From positions 3,360,001-3,424,000 of the forward strand of contig OY970303.1 in NCBI GenBank assembly GCA_963716255.1: a DNA stretch of 64,000 bases. Reading direction: 5' to 3'. This document shows positions 17,074 to 26,546 of this stretch, in pieces. The position numbers and the translations under genes are program-made. This stretch comes from an uncultured Gemmatimonadales bacterium (GTDB taxonomy: Bacteria; Gemmatimonadota; Gemmatimonadetes; Longimicrobiales; Longimicrobiaceae). The notes below the pieces were generated by a model. The model saw nothing but the letters and a program-made list of their open reading frames with translations. It was not told where the DNA came from and ran no database searches. Position 1 is the first letter of the stretch; the number at the start of each line of letters is the position of its first letter.

Positions 17074-17799
17074 ATGACGCGCCTTCTGCCGCTGCCGCTC
17101 CTCGTGCTGCTCCCCGCCGCCCTCGCGGCGCAGCAGCCCGCCCCCAACGCGCCCGCCTCGGTGGCCGGGTGCTGGGCGCTGACGCTGGGGCCCTGGACCC
17201 CGGCGATCGCCGCGTCGGCGGCGCACACCCTCCCCTCGCGCATCGCGCTGGACACCGCCGCGGCGGAGGAGACCACGCTGCGCGGCTCGCTGCGGGTGCG
17301 GGCGGTGGGCGGCACCGCGGGGACCGCGCGCCACGTGGCGTCGTGGTCCCCGCTCCCCGCCCGGCGCGACTCGCTGCGCATCCGCTGGTCCACCGTGGGC
17401 GCGGGCGTGGACGCGCGGCTGCGGGCCCGCGCGAACGAGCTGCGCGGCCGCGCGACGGCGTTCAGCGTGGACGCGCCGGGCGGAGCCGCCACCGCCCCCA
17501 TGGTGGCACGCCGCGTGGCGGACTGCGCGGAACCGCCCCCGGCCTCCGTCCCGGCGCCGTCCGCGGCCCCCGCCGTGGCGGAAGGCGCGACGGTGGTGCC
17601 CGGGCTGGAGGCGCGCGGCAGGGAGGCGGCCCGCGTCCCCGACACGCGCCCGGAGCGACCGCGCACCCCCGAGGTGGCCGGGCCGGAGAACCTGCCCCGC
17701 CCTCCGGCCCCGCCCATCGGGCGCGCGGAGGAGGCCGCGGGATGGGTCGTGGGCGCGGCGATCGTGTGGGTGCTCGTCCACCTGGCCGGCATCCTGTAG
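17074..17799 (+). CDS. hypothetical exported protein with C-terminal membrane anchor
   Basis: Signal peptide MTRLLPLPLLVLLPAALAAQ; Pro-rich linker; hydrophobic C-terminus. Confidence 0.6.
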   Translation: MTRLLPLPLLVLLPAALAAQQPAPNAPASVAGCWALTLGPWTPAIAASAAHTLPSRIALDTAAAEETTLRGSLRVRAVGGTAGTARHVASWSPLPARRDSLRIRWSTVGAGVDARLRARANELRGRATAFSVDAPGGAATAPMVARRVADCAEPPPASVPAPSAAPAVAEGATVVPGLEARGREAARVPDTRPERPRTPEVAGPENLPRPPAPPIGRAEEAAGWVVGAAIVWVLVHLAGIL

Positions 17800-17972
17800 G
17801 AGGACCGGCGGCGGTAGCCCCCAAGGTAACACCGCTCGGGCACCCGCTGCGACCTTTCGGGCCCCTCGTGCATCTATCTGGTGAGGCCGCCCCGCCGGGG
17901 CGGCGCGCGGGCTCCCCGCGGACGGCCGCGGCCCGGGGCCGCCGGACGGGCAACCCTCACCGGTCCCACGAC

Positions 17973-20282
17973 ATGCAGACATACAGGCGGATCCTGTTCC
18001 TTCCCGGCGCGGCGATCTCGCTGCTGCTGTGCGCGGGCGGCGCGGCGCGGGCGCAGGCGGCGCCGCGCCTCGCCCTGGCGGCGTGCTCGCTCCCCGGCGT
18101 GGAGGCGCCGGCGCGCTGCGGCACGCTGGAAGTGCCCGAGGACCGCGCGACGCCCGGGGGCCGCCGCATAGGGCTCAGGGTGGCGGTGATCCCGGCCGAG
18201 AGCGCCGCGCCCGCGCCGGACCCGGTGTTCGTGCTCGCGGGCGGGCCGGGGCAGCCGGCAACGGCGATGGCCGCGCAGGTGCTGCCGCCGCTTGCCGGCG
18301 TGCGGCGCGACCGCGACGTCGTGCTGGTGGACCAGCGCGGGACCGGCGGCTCCAACCCGCTGACCTGCGGCGACGGGAGCTGGACGCGGAGCGCCCGCGA
18401 CACCACGAGCGGCGCGGAGCAGGCGCGGGCCTGCCGCGCCGCGCTGGAAAGCCGCGCCGACCTGCGCATGTACGGCACCCCGGCCGCGGTCGCGGACCTG
18501 GACGCGGTGCGGGCGGCGCTCGGCTACGACCGCGTCAACCTGGTGGGCATCTCCTACGGGTCGCGCGTGGCGCAGGAGTACCTGCGGCGCCACCCGGAGC
18601 GGACGCGCAGCGTGGTGATGCGCGCGGTGGCGCCCGTGGGCTTCAACATCCCGCTGGACGGTGCGCTCGCTGCCCAGGCGGCGCTGGACCGCGTGGTCGC
18701 GGACTGCGCCGCGGACGCGGCGTGCTCGGCCGCGTACCCGCGCCTGGCGGCGGAGCTGGACTCCGTCTTCGCCCGCGCGGACCGCGCGCCCGCCCCGGTC
18801 CTCCTCCGTGACCTGGCCACGGGCGACACGGCGACGCTGTCGCTGTCGCGCGGCCTGCTGGCGCAGACGCTGTACACGCTGCTGCTCGGGAGCTCCTCGC
18901 GGCAGACGATTCCCATGCTGGTGCACGGAGCGGCCACCCGGGGCCCGGAGGCGCTGTCGCCGGTGCTCTCGCAGGTCGTCCCCGCCGTGTACGGCCCCAT
19001 CCCCCGGGGGATGTACCTGTCCGTGGTGTGCTCCGAGGACGCGCCCCGCATCACCGCCCACGACGCGGCGCGCGAGAGCCGCACCTTTTTGCGCGAGACC
19101 GAGGCGATCCGGGCGTCGTGCGCGGACTGGCCCCGCGCCGCCCTCCCCGCCGACTTCCACGAGCCCTTCCGCTCCGACGTCCCCGTGCTGCTGGTGTCCG
19201 GCGGCGCCGACCCCGCCACCCCGCCCGCCATGGGCGAGCGGGCGCGGAGCTACCTGCGGAACGCGCTCCACGTGGTGGTTCCCGCCGCGGCGCACGGGCC
19301 GGTGCTCCCCGGGTGCGCGCAGGAGATGGTGGCCCGCTTCGTCGCGGCCGGCTCGCACGAGGGGCTGGACGCCGCCTGTGCGGCCGAGGTCCGCTGGAAG
19401 CCGTTCGCCGCGCCCGCCCCGGCGCCCGCGCACCCCACCGAGGTGCCGCTCGTCTACGACAGCGGCCGGGTCCTGGTGCCGGTGCGCGTGGGCGCGGCGG
19501 ACTCGCTGGTCTTCATCCTGGACACCGCCGGCGGGGGGAGCGTGGTGTCGCCGGAAACGGTGGCGCGGCTGGGGATCCCGGCCTCCGCCGGGGACTCGGT
19601 GCAGGTGATGGGCGCCAGCGGCGCGGTCCGCCTGCGGCAGGTCCCGCTCCCGGCCGTCTCGCTGGGGGGGGCGAGGGTGGAGGGGATCACCGCCGTGGTC
19701 GCGGAAACGGCGCGCTTCCGCCGCTCGGCCGGGCCGGCGTACGCCGGGGTGCTGGGGAACGACTTCCTGCGCGCCTTCGACGTGGAGGTGGACGTCCCCG
19801 CCGGCCGCCTGCGCCTGTGGCGGCGCGGCGCGGACGCGGCGCCCCGCCCCGGCGCGGCTCCGGCGGCGGTCGCCAACCTGTCCCCCATGCCCGGCTTCGT
19901 GATGTTCGACGTGGCGGTGGGCGACTCCACCGTGCGCGCCATCCTGGACAGCGGCGCGGCCCACAGCACGCTCAACTGGCGCGCCGCCGCGGGGGCGGGG
20001 GTGACGCGCGCCACGCCGGGGATGCGGGTGACGCGCGCGGCGGGCGGGATGTCGGGCGACACGGTGGAGAGCCACCTGTACACCTTCGACCGGGTGGAGG
20101 TGGAGGGGCTGCGCTTTCCGCCGCTGGAAATGCGCATCTCCGACCTGCCGGTGTTCGCCGCGCTGGGGCTGGGGAGCCGCCCGACGATGCTGGTGGGCGC
20201 GGACCTGCTGCGCGCCTGCCGCGTCTTCATCTCGTACAGCGAGCGGCGCGTGCACCTGTGCGGCGCCCCCGCGGCGGCGTAG
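17973..20282 (+). CDS. secreted TAP-like alpha/beta hydrolase fused to two retropepsin-like aspartyl protease domains
   Basis: Signal peptide; GGPG, DQRGTG, GISYG nucleophile, DPATP, H; then FILDTAGG...GVLGNDFL and AILDSGA...LVGADLL. Confidence 0.85.
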   Translation: MQTYRRILFLPGAAISLLLCAGGAARAQAAPRLALAACSLPGVEAPARCGTLEVPEDRATPGGRRIGLRVAVIPAESAAPAPDPVFVLAGGPGQPATAMAAQVLPPLAGVRRDRDVVLVDQRGTGGSNPLTCGDGSWTRSARDTTSGAEQARACRAALESRADLRMYGTPAAVADLDAVRAALGYDRVNLVGISYGSRVAQEYLRRHPERTRSVVMRAVAPVGFNIPLDGALAAQAALDRVVADCAADAACSAAYPRLAAELDSVFARADRAPAPVLLRDLATGDTATLSLSRGLLAQTLYTLLLGSSSRQTIPMLVHGAATRGPEALSPVLSQVVPAVYGPIPRGMYLSVVCSEDAPRITAHDAARESRTFLRETEAIRASCADWPRAALPADFHEPFRSDVPVLLVSGGADPATPPAMGERARSYLRNALHVVVPAAAHGPVLPGCAQEMVARFVAAGSHEGLDAACAAEVRWKPFAAPAPAPAHPTEVPLVYDSGRVLVPVRVGAADSLVFILDTAGGGSVVSPETVARLGIPASAGDSVQVMGASGAVRLRQVPLPAVSLGGARVEGITAVVAETARFRRSAGPAYAGVLGNDFLRAFDVEVDVPAGRLRLWRRGADAAPRPGAAPAAVANLSPMPGFVMFDVAVGDSTVRAILDSGAAHSTLNWRAAAGAGVTRATPGMRVTRAAGGMSGDTVESHLYTFDRVEVEGLRFPPLEMRISDLPVFAALGLGSRPTMLVGADLLRACRVFISYSERRVHLCGAPAAA

Positions 20283-20301
20283 CGGGAGCGCGGGAGAGCC
20301 G

Positions 20302-20895
20302 GTGCACGCGGACGCCTTCGCCGAGGCCCTGGAGCCCCACTACGACGACGCCGTGCGGTACTGCCGCGCCCTGTGCGCGCGGTGGTCCCCCGGCGACGCC
20401 GACGACGTGCTCCAGCAGGCGCTCCTCCAGGCGCTGGAGCACTTCGGCTCGCTGCGCGACCCGGCGAAGTTCCGCTCCTGGCTCTTCCGCATCGTCACAC
20501 AGTGCTTCCACGCCGCCGCCCGGCGGCACTTCTGGCGCCGCTTCGTCCCCCTGGCGGAGGCGGGCGGCGGCGAACCCATGCCCGCCGTGCTCCGGGGGAG
20601 GGCGGAGGCGCCGGGGCGCGCGGCGCTGCTGGCCGCGCTGGGCCGCCTGCCGGACCGCGACCGTGCGGCGCTGCTCCTGTTCGAGGTGGCGGGGATGTCG
20701 CTGGAGGAGGTGGGCGCGGTGCAGGGCGACCGCAGCGTGTCCGCCACCAAGTCGCGCCTGAGCCGCGCGCGGCAGCGGGTGCGGGGGATGCTGGAGGCCG
20801 GGCTCCCCGCGGCGAGAGGCGGGGCCGGGGACGAGGGCGTGGAGGCGGCGACGCTGCGGCTCCTGGACGAGATCGACGCACGGAGGGAAAGATGA
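20302..20895 (+). CDS. ECF sigma-70 factor
   Basis: DADDVLQQALL, FRSWLFRI (region 2), LLLFEVAGMSLEEVG...TKSRLSRAR (region 4); start uncertain (GTG). Confidence 0.88.
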   Translation: MHADAFAEALEPHYDDAVRYCRALCARWSPGDADDVLQQALLQALEHFGSLRDPAKFRSWLFRIVTQCFHAAARRHFWRRFVPLAEAGGGEPMPAVLRGRAEAPGRAALLAALGRLPDRDRAALLLFEVAGMSLEEVGAVQGDRSVSATKSRLSRARQRVRGMLEAGLPAARGGAGDEGVEAATLRLLDEIDARRER

Positions 20896-21809
20896 GCGAG
20901 CTGGACCGCGAGCTGGAAGCGCTCCGGCGCGAGCCGGTGGGGGACAGCTTCCCCGCCGTGTCCGCCTGGCTGCACCGGGTGGAGGCGGAGCGGGCGCGCG
21001 CCCCGCGGCCCGCCCGGCCGCGCCGGGCGCGGCTGCTCCCGGCGGCGCGGCTGGCCACGGCGCTGGGCGCGGTGGCGCTGCTGGCGGTGGCGTGCGCGCT
21101 CCCCGTGCGGCGGACGGAGACGCTGGGGTGGTACGCCTCCGTGCGCCTTCCCGGCGGCGCCGCGCAGGCGCAGGCCGGCGTGGCGCGGCTCCCCTGGGCG
21201 CGGGGCGCGCTCGCCATCGCCTCGGCGGGGGAGGACGGCAGGACCACGCTGTACCTTGCGTCGCTGCGCGCCGACCCCGCCGAGGCGCGGCGCTGGGCCC
21301 GCGACCTGGCGGCGCTCCCCGGCGCGGCGGGCGTCGCGACGTCGCCCCTGCGCGACGAGGTGGTGCGCCCCGCGTACGCCGCCGCCGGCCGCGCCCTCTT
21401 CGGCGCGCGCTTTCCCGGCGCGGGAATGGGCGAGCGCGAGCGGATGGGGCGGGTGCTCGCCCTGGCGCGCGAGCTGGCCCCGGGGAGCGTGGTGGTGCTG
21501 GAGCACCCGCGCGCGGGCTCCCCCGGCGGCGCGCTGGTCTACCCGCGCGGCGCGGACTCGGCGGGGGCGGTGGAGGTGGCCGTGGGCGACGACCCGCAGG
21601 TGACGCTCATGCTGCTGCGGCGCCGCCCCGGCGCGGAGCCGGACACCGTCGTCATCCCGCTGGACGCCGGCCGGATGGCCGGCGCCGGCGACGCCGAGCG
21701 CACGGAGATGGTGCGCCGGGCGCTGCGCGAGCGCGGCGTGGACAACGTGGAGGTGCGCGTGGAGAACGGCGTCGTCCGCGTCACCGCCGTGCCCGGTTCG
21801 CAGCCGTAG
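20892..21809 (+). CDS. membrane-anchored hypothetical protein, probable anti-sigma factor
   Basis: ATGA-coupled to the ECF sigma; short cytoplasmic N-terminus, one TM (LATALGAVALLAVAC), extracytoplasmic domain. Confidence 0.65.
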   Translation: MSELDRELEALRREPVGDSFPAVSAWLHRVEAERARAPRPARPRRARLLPAARLATALGAVALLAVACALPVRRTETLGWYASVRLPGGAAQAQAGVARLPWARGALAIASAGEDGRTTLYLASLRADPAEARRWARDLAALPGAAGVATSPLRDEVVRPAYAAAGRALFGARFPGAGMGERERMGRVLALARELAPGSVVVLEHPRAGSPGGALVYPRGADSAGAVEVAVGDDPQVTLMLLRRRPGAEPDTVVIPLDAGRMAGAGDAERTEMVRRALRERGVDNVEVRVENGVVRVTAVPGSQP

Positions 21810-21845
21810 CATCGCAGGGTCGTATCGGGGTGAACGGCCGGGTTC

Positions 21846-21979
21846 GGGCGTGCCCCCGGCTGGCGCCGGGGTCGGGCTTCGGCTCCGTAGCACACGAAAC
21901 TACCGTGTGCAACGGAGTCGAGCCCTGGCGGAAACAGCCCCGCCGGGGCTCGCCCCTTCGGGCCGAAATCCCTCACGCG
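21846..21979 (+). repeat. structured intergenic repeat, copy 2
   Basis: Same scaffold as copy 1 with a different inner stem (GCACACG/CGTGTGC). Confidence 0.92.
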
Positions 21980-22005
21980 GGTGCCGCGCTGGCGTCCGCT
22001 GGGGC

Positions 22006-22031
22006 CCCCTCCCCCGCAAGCGGGAGAGGGG
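22006..22031. repeat. REP-like palindrome CCCCTCCCCCGCAAGCGGGAGAGGGG
   Basis: Identical to 30988-31013; follows repeat copy 2. Confidence 0.7.
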
Positions 22032-22133
22032 GAGAACTACAGGACATCCGCGGCTTCGGCGCCTTGCGGATGCCCAGGGAGCCCGATTTACACGGATTCC
22101 GTGTCGCGCACTCTCGCCCTCACGCACTTTCCC

Positions 22134-22781
22134 TTGTCCGACGCCGTCCTCGTGTTCGTCCGCGCGCCGCAGGCCGGCCGCGTCAAGACGCGCCTCGCCG
22201 CCGCGATCGGCGCGGAGGCGGCGCTGCGCGTGTACGTGCGCCTGGCGGAGCACGCGCTCGCCCAGGCGCGCGCGTCGGGCGCGGCGCCGCGGGTGCACTT
22301 CACCCCGGCGGACGCGGGGGAAGCGGTGCGGGCGTGGCTGGGCCCGGGCGCGGCGTACCTGCCGCAGGCGGAGGGGGACCTGGGGGAGCGGATGCGCGGA
22401 GCCTTCGAGGCGGCGTTCGCCGCGGGGTACGGGCGGGTGGTGATCGTCGGCTCGGACCTGCCGGGGCTGACGGCGGAGCTCCTGGAGCGGGCCTTCGCGC
22501 TGCTGGACGCGCACGAGGCGGTGCTGGGCCCCGCGCGCGACGGGGGCTACTGGCTGCTGGGGATGCGGCGCCCGGTGCCGGCGGCGTTCCACGGGATCGC
22601 CTGGAGCACGGCGGAGGTGTTCGAGGCGACGGTGGCGCGGCTGCGGGCGGAGGGGATCGAGCCGGCGCTGCTGGAGGAGCTGGGCGACGTGGACGAGGCC
22701 GCGGACCTCCCGCCGGGGTGGCGCGAGTGGGCCGCCGCTGCGGACGAACCGCCCGCGGACGCCAGCGCCCACCCCGCGTGA
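22134..22781 (+). CDS. TIGR04282/DUF2064 family glycosyltransferase-like protein
   Basis: VFVRAPQAGRVKTRL, QAEGDLGERM, IVGSDLP, LGPARDGGYWLLG, IAWST, DVDEAADL; TTG start inferred. Confidence 0.88.
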   Translation: MSDAVLVFVRAPQAGRVKTRLAAAIGAEAALRVYVRLAEHALAQARASGAAPRVHFTPADAGEAVRAWLGPGAAYLPQAEGDLGERMRGAFEAAFAAGYGRVVIVGSDLPGLTAELLERAFALLDAHEAVLGPARDGGYWLLGMRRPVPAAFHGIAWSTAEVFEATVARLRAEGIEPALLEELGDVDEAADLPPGWREWAAAADEPPADASAHPA

Positions 22782-22904
22782 GGGATTTCGGCCCGAAGGG
22801 GCGAGACCGCGCGGCTGTTTGCGCGGGCTCGACTCCGTTAGCCCGCGTTGTTTGCGGGCTTACGGAGCCGAAGCCCGACCCCGGCGACAGCCGGGGGCAC
22901 GCCC
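22775..22904 (-). repeat. structured intergenic repeat, copy 3 (inverted)
   Basis: Reverse complement matches the scaffold; inner stem AGCCCGC/GCGGGCT. Confidence 0.92.
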
Positions 22905-22933
22905 AAGCCTGTCGTTCGTAACCCGATCGAGGA

Positions 22934-23611
22934 CTACCGGTAGCGCGCCGCCAGCCGCTCCGGGTCCGCGCCCAGCCGGTACGCCAGACGCAATCGCCAC
23001 ATCAGCAGGATCGTCCGCCACACGCCGCGCGTCTCCCAGCGGCGGCTGGAGGTGAGCACGGTCTCGCGCAGGCACAGCGGCCGTCCGCGGCGGAGCAGCG
23101 CGCGGGAGAGCGCCACGTCCTCCATCAGCGGGATCTCGGGGAAGCCGCCCGCGTCCCGGAACCAGTCGCGCCGCACGAAGATCGCCTGGTCGCCGGTGGC
23201 GATGCCCCCGGCGCGGGAGCGCAGCGAGATCATCCGCTCCACCACGCGCAGCATGGGCAGGCGGCCGGTGAGCCGCACGTCGAAGCGCCCCCACCCGCGC
23301 CCGCTCCGCGCCAGCCCGTCCAGCACCAGCCGGTCCGCGCCATCGGGCAGCCGCGTGTCCGCGTGCAGGAACAGGAGCACGTCGCCGCGCGCTTCCCGCG
23401 CCCCGGCGTTCTGCTGCCGCGCCCGGCCGCGCTCCGAGCGCAGCACGCGGTCGGCCAGCGGCTCCGCCGCCTCCGGCGTGCCGTCGGCGCTGCCGCCGTC
23501 CACCACCAGCACCTCGTGCCCGCGCACGCGCAGCGGCTGGAGCGGCGCCAGCGTCGCGGCGATCCCCTCCGCCTCGTCGAGGGCGGGGACGACGATGGTC
23601 AATGTCCGCAT
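22934..23611 (-). CDS. TIGR04283 family GT2 glycosyltransferase
   Basis: IVVPALDE, VVDGGSADGT, GRARQQNAGA, FLHADT, GDQAIFV, LMEDV, TSSRRW. Confidence 0.92.
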   Translation of the reverse strand: MRTLTIVVPALDEAEGIAATLAPLQPLRVRGHEVLVVDGGSADGTPEAAEPLADRVLRSERGRARQQNAGAREARGDVLLFLHADTRLPDGADRLVLDGLARSGRGWGRFDVRLTGRLPMLRVVERMISLRSRAGGIATGDQAIFVRRDWFRDAGGFPEIPLMEDVALSRALLRRGRPLCLRETVLTSSRRWETRGVWRTILLMWRLRLAYRLGADPERLAARYR

Positions 23612-23776
23612 CCTGTCCGCCTGAGCTCTGTCTGGTAACTCAAATGTCGGAAGCCCCACTGGATCATAGCGAGGCCAAGATCGCCAGGAAGTTCACGGCA
23701 AACTTCTCATGGAGGGTGCCGAGGCGACAGTCGCACGACGACCCGCGTAGCTGCACCGCCCTTAAGCAGGCTTTTC

Positions 23777-23805
23777 TTGACAGAGTTGCCAGGGCTCACT
23801 ATCCT
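23777..23805 (+). promoter_or_regulatory. sigma70-type promoter
   Basis: TTGACA (23777-23782), 17 bp, TATCCT (23800-23805), facing the gene at 24117. Confidence 0.6.
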
Positions 23806-24874
23806 GGCTGAGTTCTGCCTGCCTTGTACAGCTTTGTGCAATAAGGATTGCCTGTCGCTATGGTTTGATGGTGAACATCCGCCTCGCTTGCGTACTTTCG
23901 CCGCAAAGTTCATTTGTCGCCGACATCACACCAAATTGCCTGGCAATCCGTCCGAGAAACCGGACTAACTGGCTGCGCCGCAAATAGCGAATTCAATAAG
24001 GGCTTCTTGGCCCTCTTAATATGGATGCCGCTTCTGGGTTGAAGAAGGCTAGATGGGTAAGTGACCGGTATTCTCCATCAAGCACAGTTCACACGAACAT
24101 CCCACGAGGTGTCAGAATGAGCATATGGACGTTTGAGGCTGCCGAGATCGCCGACACCGACGACATCGCATCCCGGCCAATCTACCGGACGTCTGATATC
24201 AGCGAGTTCCTCAGCTTCGAGAGATCCCAGAAGCGTATCATCTGTGGGCTGAAAGGCACCGGGAAAACACTCTTCCTAAAGCTTACCAGCTACCACTACA
24301 GGCGAATGAGCGGCTTCACATTCGTCCCCGCGACGCAGCTTACCGAGCGCCTCTATTCCATAGACCACGATTTTTCCGGCGAAAGAGCTGTGATGTGGGC
24401 TTCGCACGAAAGATGGAAACACGTTTGGCGTACGGTTCTCGCCGTCGTCGTGCTGCGGGCGCTGCGACAAGAACTCCATGCGGAAGTGAATGAGCTTTTT
24501 CCTGAGAGCCTCGGAACATCTGTCGGAGCGCATCTTTCACGCGCTCTCAAGACTCGCGCCGGCGGATCTCGTTTGTTCCAAGATATGTTTCCCAACAGGC
24601 TGGATGCAGCGGTCCAGCGAATCAGCCAGCCAGTCGCAGTGTTCGTTGACAACATTGACGAGGCATTCGCTCGACATGCGGGCTATGACCTGTACAATCA
24701 ATCGGTTCGAGTGGATCGGCAGTCTGGCTCGCACTCATACGACATTTGGCTGGCCGCCCAACTCGGATTCATTCTGGCGGTGCGAGAGCTTTCCTCGCGA
24801 AATTCCCACTTGAAGCTTTTTGGTACCGTCCGTTCCGAGGCGATTCGCGACAATCCCACGCAAACCGCTTTTAA

Positions 24875-26546
24875 CCCGGATCCTGCACGGGAGTGGCGCC
24901 CCGGTGGATTTCGCCTCTCGCGAGCCGGCAGATGACGGCGGAGGCGGCGACCGAGCGAGCCGGGACGTTGCCGCCGCCCTCGCAAGAGGCTCTGCCGCGG
25001 CTGATTCCGGTCTGCCGGGCGCCGCAGGGCAAAGCGGCTCCACCACCGGGCCGATGGGCTCCGGTCTTCCTCGCCCTGCGTGCCTGCGCCAGAGACTCTC
25101 AGGCTGGCAGGGGCGGTCCCGTGCCGACCCGGCGCAGCGCCCGGAGCAGTTCTCGGCGCAGCGGCTCGGCCCGCTGGAGCTGCACGTACTGCTTGCGCGC
25201 GTGCGTGGTCAGCTTCGCCGGAAGGCGGAAGAGCCAGGCCCGCAGGCGCTTCGGCTGTGCCCGGCGCCAGCTTCCCGAGAGCGCCGTGGTGCGGAGGGTG
25301 TGGAGCATCTGATACGCCAGCGCACCCAGCGCCCAGAGCAGATGATTACCCCCCAGATCATCGACCGCCGTCTGCCCCACCGAGAGCTGTCCCAGCTCCT
25401 CGATCCGCTGCTCCACGAGCGCGCCCTGGTTGTAGAGCCGCCACGCCGAGAGGACGCTGATCCCCGCCACGTTGCTCAGCACGTGCGCCGTCTTCTCGAC
25501 CTTGTAGCTCTCCAGCTCCAGCTCGCCTTCGGCGCCCCCGATCTCGCGCCGCTGTTCCACCGTCAGCAGCCGCGCGCCGTAGATCGTGCCCGAGGCCGTC
25601 CAGAGCTTGGGGTCCTTCTGGGAGCGGCGAAAGGGCGAGAGGTGACGCCGCAGCCACTTCTGGTCGGGCACCTTGAGCACGTAGCCGACCCCGAGGGCCT
25701 CCAGCGCCTCGACCATCTTCCGGGAGAAGAACCCCTTGTCCAGACGCAGCGTGATCTGCTCGACCCCGGCCGCGCGGAGCTGCCCCACCAGGGCCTCGAT
25801 CCAGGGGATCGCCCCGGCGGCGGTGTGGGCGCTGCCCGCTCGCCAGCGCACGCCCAGGCAGTCGCCCGTCTCGGCCAGGAAGGCCACCAGCGGGTGGTGA
25901 CTGGGTCGGCCCTTCTTCGTGGGGTTGTAGCCCTTTTCGGCGCCCGCCTGCTTGAGCCCGTATCGCTGCACCACCGTGCTGTCCAGCACCAGCATCACCG
26001 AGCGCGGCACTGCGCTCCTCGCCCAACGGGCACGCACCATCTGCCAGAGAACGGCGTCGAGCTGCCCCGCCAGGCGCTCCCCGCCGCGACGCAGCCAGCG
26101 CCCGTAGGTCGTTGGATCGGGCAGGCCCTTCCAGCCGAAGAGGCGGCGGATGCCGCGCCCGCCCAGCAGGCGCAGATCATCCATGCAGCCGCCGCCGTAG
26201 AGCAGCAGTACGATCCAGAGCTCCACCATCAGGCTCGGCCGGTAGGCGCCGCGCAGCCAGGCCGCTTCGGTGTCGAGCCTCTGCCCCAGCCCCAGTCGAT
26301 CCCAGAGACGGCGAAGCAGCAGCAGGCCCGCTCCGTCCGTCAGCTCACCGGCCGAGTGCCGAAGCCGCAGCGGGGCCGCCCTGCCTTGCACGTGGGGTCG
26401 AGAAGCGATAGTCTGAACTCGCACCGTCTGGGTGCCTATGGTTGGGTGGAATACTTCTGCCAGGAAGTTCCCTCAACCTACGGCCCCAGGCGGTGTTCTG
26501 CATCCTACCCCTCCCTTTTCCTACCTTCACCCGTGCAGGATCCGGG
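24875..26546 (-). mobile_element. IS1380-family insertion sequence, 1672 bp
   Basis: Perfect 17-bp terminal IR CCCGGATCCTGCACGGG / CCCGTGCAGGATCCGGG; 5-bp TTTAA target duplication (24870-24874, 26547-26551). Confidence 0.93.
25099..26424 (-). CDS. IS1380-family DDE transposase
   Basis: LTDGAGLLL, PDPTTYGRWL, LDSTV..YG.KQ.GA..GYN....G..SHHPL, RLDKGF, YNQGALVEQRIEE, LRAWLFRLPAKL. Confidence 0.92.
   Translation of the reverse strand: MRVQTIASRPHVQGRAAPLRLRHSAGELTDGAGLLLLRRLWDRLGLGQRLDTEAAWLRGAYRPSLMVELWIVLLLYGGGCMDDLRLLGGRGIRRLFGWKGLPDPTTYGRWLRRGGERLAGQLDAVLWQMVRARWARSAVPRSVMLVLDSTVVQRYGLKQAGAEKGYNPTKKGRPSHHPLVAFLAETGDCLGVRWRAGSAHTAAGAIPWIEALVGQLRAAGVEQITLRLDKGFFSRKMVEALEALGVGYVLKVPDQKWLRRHLSPFRRSQKDPKLWTASGTIYGARLLTVEQRREIGGAEGELELESYKVEKTAHVLSNVAGISVLSAWRLYNQGALVEQRIEELGQLSVGQTAVDDLGGNHLLWALGALAYQMLHTLRTTALSGSWRRAQPKRLRAWLFRLPAKLTTHARKQYVQLQRAEPLRRELLRALRRVGTGPPLPA

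Noticed and set aside
22134..23611. Arsenosugar biosynthesis cluster
   Set aside because: Only the two widespread glycosyltransferase-like genes are present; no radical SAM ArsS or ArsM methyltransferase in the window
24021..24935. Treating 24021-24935 and 26442-28496 as two independent genes
   Set aside because: Their inner ends are IS-derived sequence, and they fuse in frame when the IS is removed
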